Assembly: GCA_033763315.1 (NCBI GenBank)
Contig: JANRKS010000040.1
Location: 1 to 64,000, forward strand
Reading direction: 5' to 3'
DNA length: 64,000 nt
Source of the DNA: Deltaproteobacteria bacterium
Lineage (GTDB): Bacteria > Myxococcota_A > Polyangia > Fen-1088
This document shows, one piece after another, positions 7,771-17,974 of this stretch. Made by a program: the position numbers and the translations under genes. The notes beneath the pieces are model-generated. The model saw only the letters and a program-made list of their open reading frames with translations, was not told the origin of the DNA and made no database searches. Numbering within the stretch: the first letter of the stretch is position 1; each line of letters opens with the position of its first letter.

Positions 7771-9233
7771 CCATCTCAATCGAAATGGAAGCTGAGATCG
7801 TGCGCCTTTGCCGCGCTGAAGGCTGGCCCGTGGGCACCATCGCTACGCAGCTTGGTGTTCATCATGATGTCGTCGAGCGCGTGCTCGGTCTGCAGCCACT
7901 GCGGGATGATCAGCGTCCACCTTTGCTCATCGAGGCTTACAAAGGCTTCATCAAGGAAACCTTGGATCTGTATCCCAAACTCTGTGGCACACGTGTTTTC
8001 GACATGATTGCCTCGCGTGGCTACAAAGGCAGCATGCGCACGTTGAGTAGGCATTTGCTCGAGGTGCGTCCCATGCCAAGGCGCGAAGCTTATCTGCGAA
8101 TGGATCCGTTGATTGGCGAGCAAGCGCAGATCGATTGGGCGCATGTTGGTACGGTGGATGTGCCGGGCGGCAAACGAAGCCTTTGGCTTTTCGTAATTGT
8201 GCTTTCGTGGTCGCGAGCACAGTGGGGCGAGTTCGTCTTCGACTTAACGGCGGACTCTTTGTTGCGGTCGCTGGTTCGTGCAGCCGAGTACTTCGGCGGC
8301 ACCTGCCGCCAGTGGTTGTTCGACAATCCAAAGACGGTGGTGCTCGAACGCTTCGGCCAAGCCACACGGTTTCATTCGCTGCTTCTTGATACCGCGGGAA
8401 AATTCAACGTACAGCTGCGCGTCTGCGGCGTCCGCAAAGCAAATCAAAAAGGCCGCGTCGAGCGTGCCATCAGGTGGTGGCGCGACCGCTTCTTGGCCGC
8501 GCGTACAATCCGCACCATCGAGCAAGGCAATCGTGAGCTTAACGAATTTTTGCAAACCATCGTTCTTGATCGCCCTCACCCCACAATACCCAGCCAAACC
8601 GTGAGGGCATGTTTTGAAAAAGAGAAGCTTGCAATCCTGAGGTTGCCAGACACGATGCCCGCCATCACCGTGCCCACGCCGGTGGCAGTCGACAAAACAG
8701 CGTTCATTCGCCTCGATACGAATTCCTATTCAGTGCCTCCGTGCTTCGTCGGCCAAACACTGACGATGTCGGCTTGCGACCAAACCGTGCGCGTGCTCGA
8801 TTCTCGCGGCCTGATGGTGGCGCAGCACAAACGCTCTTGGGGGCGGCGGCAAGTGATTGAAGATCCTGCGCATCGTGAAAGCCTGTTGACGGTCAAGCGA
8901 GGCGCAAGAGAAAGCAAAGGACGAGATAGGCTACGTGTGGTCACGCCACAAATTGATGTACTCGTGGACAGGTGGGTGGAAGCTGGCGCAAATATCGGCA
9001 GCGTTATCTCACGCACCGTCAAATTGCTCGACACCTATGGCCCTGACATCTTTGCCGCGGCGATTAACGATGTCGTCGAGCGCGGCATCTGGGATGTCGG
9101 CGCCATTGCTCAGGGGTGCGAGCAAAAACGCATTGCCACTGGCTTACCAGTGCCAGTCGCAATTGCGTTTGGTGAAGGCGTCAAAGACCGCCACGTGAAG
9201 CCTCACTCATTGGAGAGCTACGATGACATTTGA
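7767..9233 (+). CDS. istA: IS21 DDE transposase IstA
   Basis: N-terminal HTH; GEQAQIDW, LFDNPK, KGRVER DDE motifs; NSYSVP. Confidence 0.95.
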   Translation: MTISIEMEAEIVRLCRAEGWPVGTIATQLGVHHDVVERVLGLQPLRDDQRPPLLIEAYKGFIKETLDLYPKLCGTRVFDMIASRGYKGSMRTLSRHLLEVRPMPRREAYLRMDPLIGEQAQIDWAHVGTVDVPGGKRSLWLFVIVLSWSRAQWGEFVFDLTADSLLRSLVRAAEYFGGTCRQWLFDNPKTVVLERFGQATRFHSLLLDTAGKFNVQLRVCGVRKANQKGRVERAIRWWRDRFLAARTIRTIEQGNRELNEFLQTIVLDRPHPTIPSQTVRACFEKEKLAILRLPDTMPAITVPTPVAVDKTAFIRLDTNSYSVPPCFVGQTLTMSACDQTVRVLDSRGLMVAQHKRSWGRRQVIEDPAHRESLLTVKRGARESKGRDRLRVVTPQIDVLVDRWVEAGANIGSVISRTVKLLDTYGPDIFAAAINDVVERGIWDVGAIAQGCEQKRIATGLPVPVAIAFGEGVKDRHVKPHSLESYDDI

Positions 9234-9987
9234 TCCTGCAGACGCGCTCGCTTCGATTGGAATTCGTGCACCCAAGCCCACGATCAAAGCGTTCTTTGCT
9301 GAGGCCACGAAGGTGCGCTGGTCCCCGGTGCAGGTTTGCGAAAAGCTTGTGGCTCTAGAACGCCGCGAGCGAGACGCGTGCAATCTTGCACGTCGTACCC
9401 GCTCCGCCACCATCGGTCCCTGCGCCACATTAGATACGTTCAATTGGTCGCATCCACGCAGCATCGATCGCGAGGTGTACGACGAGCTCTTGCTACTCGA
9501 CTTCTTGAAGCTTGGTCAGAATGTGCTTTTTCGCGGTCCAAGCGGCGCGGGTAAAACGATGCTCGCGCAAAACCTCTGTCTCGCTGCATTGGCGGCTGGC
9601 CACCGCGTTCGCTTCGTGACCCTGGCTTCTGCCCTCGCCGATTTGCTGCGCCAAGAATCTTTGCCGGCATTCGAGCGCCGCGTGAAGCGATACACGGATC
9701 CAGATCTACTCGTGCTTGACGAGCTGGGTTATGTGCCCGCCGACTCACGGGGAGCTGACATCCTTTATAACGTCATCACGCGCCGGCATAAAGCTCGGTC
9801 AACGATCATCACGACCAATCTTGCCTTCAAAGAATGGGGGCCAGTGTTTCCAAGCGCTGCCTGCGTGGGTGCGCTCGTGGACCGCTTCACCGAACAGTGC
9901 CATTTCGTAGACATTGATGCGGACTCGTGGCGCCAGAGAAACGCGCTAAAGCGATCGGCGAGCGCGCATTCGGCGCGCAAGCGCTAA
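9223..9987 (+). CDS. istB: IS21 helper ATPase IstB
   Basis: Walker A GPSGAGKT, Walker B LLVLDELGY, STIITTNL..EW, ALVDR. Confidence 0.95.
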   Translation: MTFDPADALASIGIRAPKPTIKAFFAEATKVRWSPVQVCEKLVALERRERDACNLARRTRSATIGPCATLDTFNWSHPRSIDREVYDELLLLDFLKLGQNVLFRGPSGAGKTMLAQNLCLAALAAGHRVRFVTLASALADLLRQESLPAFERRVKRYTDPDLLVLDELGYVPADSRGADILYNVITRRHKARSTIITTNLAFKEWGPVFPSAACVGALVDRFTEQCHFVDIDADSWRQRNALKRSASAHSARKR

Positions 9988-10912
9988 GCCGTCCCCGCTT
10001 AACCAGGCCCGGTCGCTCGCCACGACAGGGCCTTTCTTTCGCTCTGCCATGGCCGGATTTCCGCGGATCTGCGTGGCCGTCTACATACTGGCTATTCATC
10101 CGGAAAACTCCGCAGATCTCTCAAGGGGTGGCAGCATTGATCGCATAGTGATCGACACTGGAGATCGTGCGCCTATAGCCAAGCTGCCACCTTTTGTGTG
10201 CGCTGACGCTTCTCTGAAGGTCTTTCCGTCGGTTGCGCTTAACATCCAAGATCCCGGAGACTTTCGCATCGACCGCAAAAAAGGCTGGGCTTGCATAACG
10301 CTGATGGATCGAAATATCAACGCAGCTTCGCTGCTGTTGGACATTCGCGTCGATCTCAAGAGCGGCAACGTTGCGCGACACGTATCGGTTGGTGAGTTTT
10401 CTTGCCGCCCCCCCGATGGAGTAACCACGGGCGCGAAGGCGGCGGACACGTGCGGGTCTCAATCGAGGGCTAGCGCGACGGCCTCTCAACAGAAACGCTA
10501 TGCATTCTCGTTCAGGACGGGCAATGTCATGAAGAGTGTAAAAGGTCGTCCGCAGAAGGTGCTTCGCATCAACGAGTACGAGCAGGAGGCGCTTTCACCG
10601 TCAGGTCGTTGGGCATTGCTCAGCGGCGATCAGAGTGATGGCGACTACATTCACCGCCAGCTCGTTCTGCTGGATCGTGAAACCGGACAAATTTTCCCTA
10701 TCCATGGCAGTCCCGGCGCTTGGCCCTCTGCGCTAGAGCCGGTGGCAGGAAGCTCCTTGCGAATCGAAGTTCCGATTGCAAACACCATTGGCGTCGTCGG
10801 CGAGTCAGATGTTCGGTGGCTGGGGACCTCGGCCGAATCGGAGGTGCTGGTAATCGACGATCTGATCATTGTGCCACGACGTGAGTCCTTCTCTGTCAAT
10901 GGTGCCGTCGCC

Positions 10913-11030
10913 CGCTAACCTCAAGTCCGCGGTCCATCACGGCATCGACTTGAAAAGCCTGCCGACGTTTATGGCAAACTAGACACGCGAACAGGGCGAA
11001 GCCACGATGCGCGTTGCAGGCGGCCGAAAC
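10913..11030 (+). repeat. degenerate attC remnant
   Basis: CGCTAAC containing the upstream stop; AACTAGACACG...CACGATGCG core at 10977-11011; right end uncertain. Confidence 0.5.
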
Positions 11031-11204
11031 GTGGGCGTAGCCCTGGTGCCGTCTTTCAGCTCATGATCGCGCTAAACAACTATGGTGAGCAACCATTCGG
11101 CAACCGTCGTTCGATGTCTATCGCCGACGTTGCTGAGAATATCGAGCTGGCGAAGCGCTATCTCGCCCAGCTCGACGCCAATTCGGAGGTCGCCGGTTAA
11201 CCCG

Positions 11205-11630
11205 ATGCCCAAGACCATGGAGTCGTGGGTAGCAAAGGAGTGGCGTGCCCTCGGGTTCTATTTCTACCGAGACACCGTTTGTCGTGAATACAGGTTCGTG
11301 GGCTCACGCGAAGGGCTTCGACAATTTGGTGCACTGCTTATGGCCTACGGTCTGAACCCGAACAATGCTGACGAATCAGAACACGAACATCACGATCCAT
11401 TCGGTTCGCTCAAGATAATGACGTTGACCTTCCCACGGATCGATGACGACGCGATATCTGGAACACTGGATGACCTTCGCCGGTGGGCAAGTATTGTTTC
11501 TGAGAAACTGGATGTCGCCGTTGTGGGGGAAAAGATTCGAATTTCCGAGGAGTACACACGCTCCAGCCAGTACATCTTGATCCTTGATGTTCGTGAGGAC
11601 GGATTCGATCCGGCCGCTGCCGAGGCTTGA
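11205..11630 (+). CDS. conserved-looking hypothetical protein (cassette type)
   Basis: EWRALGF...GSREGL...SEHEH...VREDGFDP; starts right after GCCGGTTAAC. Confidence 0.75.
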   Translation: MPKTMESWVAKEWRALGFYFYRDTVCREYRFVGSREGLRQFGALLMAYGLNPNNADESEHEHHDPFGSLKIMTLTFPRIDDDAISGTLDDLRRWASIVSEKLDVAVVGEKIRISEEYTRSSQYILILDVREDGFDPAAAEA

Positions 11631-11663
11631 CACTCTCGTGTCACATCGGTGAGGCTGTCCCCT

Positions 11664-12311
11664 ATGTTCAAACGTTCGCTTGTGATGATGATTGCGCTGG
11701 TCGCCACTTTGCAACACGTACGGCACGCACGCGCCAACGACGCACAGCCATCGCCACCGTCGTTCGCTTGGCTTCCCGCCGGGGCGGCCGCGTTCGGTTT
11801 GGGCGTATACCTGAACCTGAGCGCGGCTGCTGACTTCAAGGATGGGAACGACGATTGCGCGAAGCTGTTTACGGGCTGTAATACGCGATCAATTGGAGGT
11901 GGCCTGTTGATACTTGGCGGTCAGGCGCTCATGGCCACCTATGGTTGGAAGTTGGGCACGTATGGATCCTCTCTTAACGAAGAGCCACCGGGTGCGCTCA
12001 GTAAAGTGGCGCTGGTTTTCGCTGCGGTGGGGTTCACAACGTCTCTCGTCGCAGGCGCGTACTCCGTTGTGAAGGCACTTGGATGCACGGAGGGGGACGA
12101 CCGCCACATATCCTCTGCCTGTGCAGGAGATACGCTCTACAAGGCAACTCTGGTTCAAACTGTTGGTCAAGGCGTTCTGTTCGCAGCGGCGCCCTTCGCT
12201 GCTTACGGTTTTGGTTACAGAGTGCATGAGCGCAAAAAACGCGAGCTTGTGCTTTTACCTATGTCACCAGCGGGCGGTGGCATGGGTTTGATGGCGGCAT
12301 CGGCTTTTTAG
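11664..12311 (+). CDS. hypothetical membrane protein with signal peptide
   Basis: Signal-like N-terminus (HARA), several Gly-rich hydrophobic segments, C-terminal Phe. Confidence 0.7.
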   Translation: MFKRSLVMMIALVATLQHVRHARANDAQPSPPSFAWLPAGAAAFGLGVYLNLSAAADFKDGNDDCAKLFTGCNTRSIGGGLLILGGQALMATYGWKLGTYGSSLNEEPPGALSKVALVFAAVGFTTSLVAGAYSVVKALGCTEGDDRHISSACAGDTLYKATLVQTVGQGVLFAAAPFAAYGFGYRVHERKKRELVLLPMSPAGGGMGLMAASAF

Positions 12312-12355
12312 CGTGAACGTGATGTCGCTTCTCCACGTTGATCACGCCAAGATAG

Positions 12356-12540
12356 AGCTTTGATTCAGTAGAATTTGCGCTGCACAACAGTGAGATTTGT
12401 CCGGGCGACTCCTTGGTGATGGCATCGGTCATCGGCGATAGCCAAGCATGGCAAGCCTCGTACCGCAGTCCCACCATCGGTGGCGCGATCAAGCAGGCGC
12501 TGGCGTTCTTCGTTGATGACGTTGACGCTCACGACACAGA
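12356..12540 (+). pseudogene. VOC/glyoxalase (PhnB-like) gene remnant
   Basis: LHNSEICPGDSLVM...YRSPTIGGAIKQALAFFVDDVDAH resembles the VOC core; both ends missing. Confidence 0.55.
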
Positions 12541-12626
12541 GCCGTTGCTCTTGTCACGCAAAGCTCTTGCACTTGTGACGTCCCTTCTTGGGTTGGTGCG
12601 CGACACTGCGCTCAGGAGAACCAACC

Positions 12627-14768
12627 ATGAAGAAGAATCTGTCGTCGCTTTTGGCGGCTAGCGCATTGCTCGCCGCGTGTGGCCCGTCCGCGGGAACCCA
12701 GGATTCGCAAGAGAAAGACCTGACAGGCGGCCTGACGCTTTCCCTCACGTCTGTGCCAACCGACGTGTCGTGCTTGAAGATCGACGTTGTGGGCAGCCGC
12801 ACCGTCAGCGAAGCCTTCGACATTGATGCGAATTCCAGCAATACTTTCAAGCTCTCGCGTTTGCCCGTCGGCCTGGTCAACGTGTCTGCCAAGGCCTTTG
12901 CCACAGCTTGCAAGCTTGTAAAACCGGCCGATGAGCCAGCCTACGTCACCGAGAGCCCAGCCTCGGTTCGCATCCAGCCCTCGGTTCTGGCTGAGCTTAT
13001 ACTGAAACTGCTGCGCAACGGCCGCCTCTCCGTGGGCATCGACTTCGAAACTGACGAATACTCCTGCGGCACATGCGACGACAAGAACGAATGCACAACC
13101 GATACCTGCACAGCAGGCGTGTGTGCCTTCACTCCCGTGGCTGATGGCAAACTTTGCCAAGGCGGAAATCTGCGCGTGAAGCTGCTGGCCTTCAATGATT
13201 TTCACGGACAGCTTTCGGCAGGCAGGCTCGTTTCGGGACGCCCTGTGGGTGGCGCTCAAGTGATGGCTGCTTATCTTAAGGCCGCCTCCGCCGGGTTCGA
13301 GGATCAAACCTTGATCGTTCATGCGGGCGATCACGTCGGTGCGTCTCCGCCCGCTTCGGCACTTCTTCAGGACGAGCCATCAATCTCGTTCCTGAACATG
13401 TTGGCCAACTCATCATGCACCTACGCAAACAAGGCCAACCCCGCCTGCAACATGGTTGGCACGCTAGGCAACCACGAATTTGATGAGGGATCTGGTGAGT
13501 TGTTGCGCTTGCTTGATGGCGGCAAGTTTTCGAGCGGTCCGTTCCTCGAAGATCCATACCAAGGGGCACGCTTTCCTTATGTATCGGCCAACGTTGTGAA
13601 TGAGATCACCGGCCAGCCCTTGCTGCCTCCCTACGTCATCAAGACGATTAAAGGCGTCAAGGTTGCTTTTGTGGGTGCTGTGCTAAAGGCCACCCCCACC
13701 ATTGTGACGCCCACGGGTGTGGCGGGTTTGAAGTTTCTTGACGAAGCAACGGCGGCCAATAGCTATGTGCCTGAGTTGAAAAAGGCGGGTGTTAAAGCCC
13801 TCGTACTTCTGATTCACCAAGGCGGCACGCAAAGCAGTTACGTGGGCCCCACCAAAACCACGGGCACCACCATCAACGGCGCAGACATTCTGGATGTTGT
13901 AAAGCGGCTCGACAGTGAGTTTGACGTTGTGGTCAGCGGCCACGCGCACGCCTTTACCAACGCGCTCGTGAACAACAGCGAAGGCAAATCTATCTTGGTG
14001 ACGCAAGCCTTCTCGGCCAGCACCGCCTACGCCGACATCGACTTGACTGTGAGTCCCGCAACAGGTGATGTGGTGACCAAGACCGCTTCGGTGATCACAA
14101 CGTTCGCTGACGTGGCCCCCGGCACAACCCCGGTTCCCGACGTGGCTGCCTTGGTGGCGGCAGCTGAAGGCCGTGTGGCGCCGCTCATCAATCGCGTTGA
14201 AGGTTTTGCGGCCGCTGCTTTATCGAGAGCGCAGAACGCCGCTGGCGAATCTCCCCTGGGCAACGTTATTGCTGACGCCCAGCGCGCGGCCATGGGCACC
14301 CAGTTTGCCTTCATGAATCCAGGTGGCATCCGCGCTGATTTGAACGCGGGGGACATCACCTGGGGTGAGCTGTTCACGATCCAGCCGTTTGGCAACAGCC
14401 TCGTGAAGTTGCAAATGACCGGTGCGCAAATCAAGTTGGTGCTTGAACAACAATGGGCACCGCCACAAACCTTCGCACGCATCATGGCAGTGTCGGGTCT
14501 AAAATACACGTGGGACAACGCCTTGCCACCTGGCAACCGCGTGGTGCAAGTGCTGGACGCGGCAACGGAGTTGCCTTTGGATCCCGCTGCGCTTTACACC
14601 GTTGCTTGCAATAATTTCATGGCCACGGGTGGCGACAACTTCTCTGCCTTCACCTTGGGATTGAACGCCGTGGGCGGGCCCATCGATCTCGATGCGCTTG
14701 TGGATTGGGTGCACAGCCATAATCCGTTGACCGGCGCCAACGACGGACGCATCAAGCGCCTGAACTAA
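12627..14768 (+). CDS. lipoprotein bifunctional metallophosphatase/5'-nucleotidase
   Basis: AGGAG RBS; lipobox LLAAC; NDFHG, AGD, GNHEFD, SGHAH; NPGGIRA and IQPFGN in the C-domain. Confidence 0.92.
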   Translation: MKKNLSSLLAASALLAACGPSAGTQDSQEKDLTGGLTLSLTSVPTDVSCLKIDVVGSRTVSEAFDIDANSSNTFKLSRLPVGLVNVSAKAFATACKLVKPADEPAYVTESPASVRIQPSVLAELILKLLRNGRLSVGIDFETDEYSCGTCDDKNECTTDTCTAGVCAFTPVADGKLCQGGNLRVKLLAFNDFHGQLSAGRLVSGRPVGGAQVMAAYLKAASAGFEDQTLIVHAGDHVGASPPASALLQDEPSISFLNMLANSSCTYANKANPACNMVGTLGNHEFDEGSGELLRLLDGGKFSSGPFLEDPYQGARFPYVSANVVNEITGQPLLPPYVIKTIKGVKVAFVGAVLKATPTIVTPTGVAGLKFLDEATAANSYVPELKKAGVKALVLLIHQGGTQSSYVGPTKTTGTTINGADILDVVKRLDSEFDVVVSGHAHAFTNALVNNSEGKSILVTQAFSASTAYADIDLTVSPATGDVVTKTASVITTFADVAPGTTPVPDVAALVAAAEGRVAPLINRVEGFAAAALSRAQNAAGESPLGNVIADAQRAAMGTQFAFMNPGGIRADLNAGDITWGELFTIQPFGNSLVKLQMTGAQIKLVLEQQWAPPQTFARIMAVSGLKYTWDNALPPGNRVVQVLDAATELPLDPAALYTVACNNFMATGGDNFSAFTLGLNAVGGPIDLDALVDWVHSHNPLTGANDGRIKRLN

Positions 14769-14770
14769 AC

Positions 14771-15574
14771 GTGCGTCCCTTAGCTTATCGTTTACTAATG
14801 GCGTTATCGTGGTTGGGGGCATTTGCATGCGAAACGCCCCCAACTCACGGTGATGCGGCCGCTTTGGTGCGGGTGGGCAACGTGTGGATCACCGAGGCAG
14901 ATCTCGATCGGGCCATCGCGCGCGAGCCCGAAGCCGCGCGGGAAAGATACAGGCAAAAAGCAGCCCGCAAGCAGTTGCTTGAGGGGCTTGTGAAGTTCGA
15001 GGTCATGGCACAGGCCGCGCAAGCCGCGGGAGCCATGAACGATCCTGAGGTGTTGCGTGCGTGGAAACACCAAGGCATCCAAAAATACATTCAAGATCGC
15101 ATCGGCAACCAAACGTCGGCCGAAAGCATCGCGGCCGCTGACGTGCTTGCCTATTACGAGAGCCACAAAGAGGAAACGTATTCACAACCGCCAGCGGTTC
15201 ACGTGCGGCAGTTTCTATTCGACGACGAAAAGACCGCCGCTGCGTTCACCACAGCGTCCAAAACGGCGAAGAAGCAGGATGGCACCGACCTTGGCTATGT
15301 GGACAAGAATACGGCGATGCCCGGTGTGCTCAAATCGGCGGCGTTAGCGCTAACCGAGAGCACACCCATTTCGGCACCCGTGCACATCGAAACCGGATGG
15401 GCTGTGCTTATGCTGGTGGACCGGCGGGCCCCCGTGGTTGTGCCGATCGGCGATGTCGAAACGCGGATTCGCCAAGAGCTGCAAAGGCAACGGCGCGAAC
15501 AAGCGTTGGACGCCTTAATTAAAGCGGCGCAACGGCAGACGAAAGTGACGTGGGCCGAAGCACCGGGGGCCTGA
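14771..15574 (+). CDS. PpiC/SurA-type peptidyl-prolyl isomerase lipoprotein
   Basis: Lipobox AFAC; SurA-like N-domain; DLGYV and ISAPVHIETGW parvulin motifs. Confidence 0.75.
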   Translation: MRPLAYRLLMALSWLGAFACETPPTHGDAAALVRVGNVWITEADLDRAIAREPEAARERYRQKAARKQLLEGLVKFEVMAQAAQAAGAMNDPEVLRAWKHQGIQKYIQDRIGNQTSAESIAAADVLAYYESHKEETYSQPPAVHVRQFLFDDEKTAAAFTTASKTAKKQDGTDLGYVDKNTAMPGVLKSAALALTESTPISAPVHIETGWAVLMLVDRRAPVVVPIGDVETRIRQELQRQRREQALDALIKAAQRQTKVTWAEAPGA

Positions 15575-15603
15575 GTTTGACTTGATGGCGCCCAAAGTCG
15601 CGC

Positions 15604-15632
15604 TTGACAAGGACCGGTGGCTAAGCCACCGT
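15604..15632 (+). promoter_or_regulatory. putative sigma70 promoter
   Basis: TTGACA-N17-CACCGT ending 6 nt before ATG 15639. Confidence 0.45.
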
Positions 15633-15638
15633 ACAACC

Positions 15639-17966
15639 ATGCGGAGTCTATGTCTTATCGGTGTTGGTGTTGTGGCAGGCACCTTGGCCGGCCCTGCGAT
15701 GGCGGTTGCCGACGTCTCTTACGATTCACAGGTGCGGCCGATCCTTTCGGCCCGATGCTTCAAGTGCCACGGCTTCGATCCCGGCACGCGCCGCTCGGGC
15801 TTACGCCTTGATACGTTCGAGGGGGCGACGAAGGACGAGGCTGCGGTGGTGCCTGGAAAGCCGCACCAAAGCGAGCTCATCAAACGCGTTCTCACAAAAG
15901 ATCCCGATGATCGCATGCCGCCCAACGGCGAGCCGCTGACACCAAGCGAAGTTGCAATTTTGCAGCAGTGGATCAGCGAAGGCGCACACTACACACAGCA
16001 CTGGGCCTACGCACCCGTGGTCAGACCACCGCTGCCCAAAGTGAAACAGCGTTGGGGGCGCAACCCGATCGACCGCTTTATCTTGGCACGCCTCGAAGCC
16101 GCTGGGCGCCTCCCCTCACCCCCTGCAAGCCCCGCGATTTTGCTGCGGCGTCTGTACCTTGATCTATCAGGCCTTCCTCCCACGGTTGAGCAAGTCAAGG
16201 CATTCGAGCAAGACCCTTCCTTCGCACATTACGAAGCCATGGCCCGCCGCCTTTTAAACGAACCTACGTTTGGTGAACACTGGGCGCGGTGGTGGCTTGA
16301 TCTCGCTCGTTACGCTGAATCCACAGGGTACTCAGGAGATTTTCTTCACACAATGTGGCCTTACCGCGATTGGGTGGTGAACGCACTGAACGCGGGCATG
16401 CGCTTCGATCGCTTTTCAATCGAACAAGTGGCAGGAGATCTTTTGGCCAAGCCCACGCCGTCGACGTTGGTGGCCACAGCCTTCTTTCGCGCGGGTGCGG
16501 TCACCCTCGATGGCGGCAACAAGGCGGACGAGATCCAGTGGATGATGGCAAGGGATCGCACAAATACCACGGCCACGGTTTGGCTTGGCGCCACCATGGA
16601 GTGCGCGCAGTGCCACACACACAAATATGATCCCTACACGCAAAAAGAATATTACCAACTCGCAGCCTATTTCCGCTCCAACGCCGAGGAGGTGATCTCA
16701 CTTGGTTACCGCGAAGCCGTGAAACGCCTCTACGGTGCCACTGTTTTGTTAGACTCGTATCCGACAAATCAAATGTCGGAAGACGAGTTGGCAACGAAAG
16801 CCACCGACGTCGCCAAGCGGATTCTATTCGCCAAGCGCATCTCCGATGAAATCGTGCAAGGCCGGCGCACGCGGCAAGACGGCGAGCCCGATTACGTTCA
16901 GCTTGCCAAGGACATCAACGACAAGGAGTCCGATCCGCTCATCGCCTTTTACGACCGATACGCGCCTTACCGTTTGTGGATCATGAAAGATCGCGCCACG
17001 CCACGGCCGTGTACGGTGCTGCAGCGAGGCGATTACACCTCGCCAGGTGAAACCGTGACCCCGGGCACCCCAGCGTCGCTTCATCCGCTCAAACGACGAA
17101 GACTTGCGAATCGACTTGAGCTCGCACAGTGGCTCGTCAGTGCAAACAATCCATTGACCCCGCGGGTGATTGTGAATCGCTTTTGGAACGAACTGTTTGG
17201 GCGCGGAATCGTCACCACCACCGAAGACTTTGGTCATCAAGGCGCCCTGCCCTCTCATCCTGAGTTGCTTGATTGGTTGGCGTCTGAGTTCGTCCTGAGC
17301 GGTTGGGACATCAAGGGCATTTTGCTGAAGCTCGTGACGTCCGAAACCTACCGACAAAGCTCCGATCGGGGCGACGAAGACGTTCCGGAAGAGCTATTCG
17401 CGTTCGGGCCGCGGCACCGCTTAACCGCCGAAGGTGTACGCGACAATTTGCTTGCGATCTCGGGGCTGCTCGAACGCCAACGCGGAGGTCCGCCTGTTTT
17501 CCCTCCCCAGCCTGACGGGTTATGGAAGGAGATCTTCCAATCGTCACGCACCGACTACCCAACATCAACCGGGAGGGAGGCATACCGTCGCAGCCTTTAC
17601 GTGATCGCACGCAGAGGAAGCCCATTTCCGATGTTCACCACGTTCGACGCACCTGCACGCGACGTCAGCACCACGAAGCGATTGCGGTCAAACACGCCCT
17701 TGCAGGCGCTGGCGTTGATGAATGAACCCATGTTCGTTGAAGCCGCGCGCGCCTTCGCCAAGCGCATGCGAGCAGAGCGGGGCGACGACGTCAGCAAGAT
17801 CACTTGGGGGTTTCGGACCGCCGTCGCGCGCGCACCCACAACACAAGAGGTGAACATCTTGGCGGCGCTGTTGACCGAGCCCAAAGGCTCGACCGCCGAT
17901 GAAGATGCGTGGTTCAACGTCGCGCATGCGTTGCTCAATCTCGATGAAACGATTGTCAAACGATAG
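15639..17966 (+). CDS. planctomycete-type cytochrome c / DUF1549 / DUF1553 (PSD1) protein
   Basis: [74 protein letters not shown]. Confidence 0.93.
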   Translation: MRSLCLIGVGVVAGTLAGPAMAVADVSYDSQVRPILSARCFKCHGFDPGTRRSGLRLDTFEGATKDEAAVVPGKPHQSELIKRVLTKDPDDRMPPNGEPLTPSEVAILQQWISEGAHYTQHWAYAPVVRPPLPKVKQRWGRNPIDRFILARLEAAGRLPSPPASPAILLRRLYLDLSGLPPTVEQVKAFEQDPSFAHYEAMARRLLNEPTFGEHWARWWLDLARYAESTGYSGDFLHTMWPYRDWVVNALNAGMRFDRFSIEQVAGDLLAKPTPSTLVATAFFRAGAVTLDGGNKADEIQWMMARDRTNTTATVWLGATMECAQCHTHKYDPYTQKEYYQLAAYFRSNAEEVISLGYREAVKRLYGATVLLDSYPTNQMSEDELATKATDVAKRILFAKRISDEIVQGRRTRQDGEPDYVQLAKDINDKESDPLIAFYDRYAPYRLWIMKDRATPRPCTVLQRGDYTSPGETVTPGTPASLHPLKRRRLANRLELAQWLVSANNPLTPRVIVNRFWNELFGRGIVTTTEDFGHQGALPSHPELLDWLASEFVLSGWDIKGILLKLVTSETYRQSSDRGDEDVPEELFAFGPRHRLTAEGVRDNLLAISGLLERQRGGPPVFPPQPDGLWKEIFQSSRTDYPTSTGREAYRRSLYVIARRGSPFPMFTTFDAPARDVSTTKRLRSNTPLQALALMNEPMFVEAARAFAKRMRAERGDDVSKITWGFRTAVARAPTTQEVNILAALLTEPKGSTADEDAWFNVAHALLNLDETIVKR

Positions 17967-17974
17967 GAAACGTC

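Larger units (their letters stand above)
6807..10085 (+). mobile_element. IS21-family element, 3279 bp, four ORFs
   Basis: TG...CA ends; 39 bp terminal inverted repeats match at 30/39 (6807-6845, 10047-10085); 6 bp TSD TACTGG at 6801-6806 and 10086-10091; istA/istB present. Confidence 0.95.
6554..10918 (+). pseudogene. hypothetical exported protein split by IS21 (6554-6806 + 10092-10918)
   Basis: Removing the IS and one TACTGG copy restores a 1080 nt frame reading ...RWLDAGVVL|AIHPENSAD...; start approximate. Confidence 0.85.

Noticed and set aside
1-12540. Integron integrase gene
   Set aside because: No ORF with tyrosine recombinase R-H-R-Y motifs on either strand in the window
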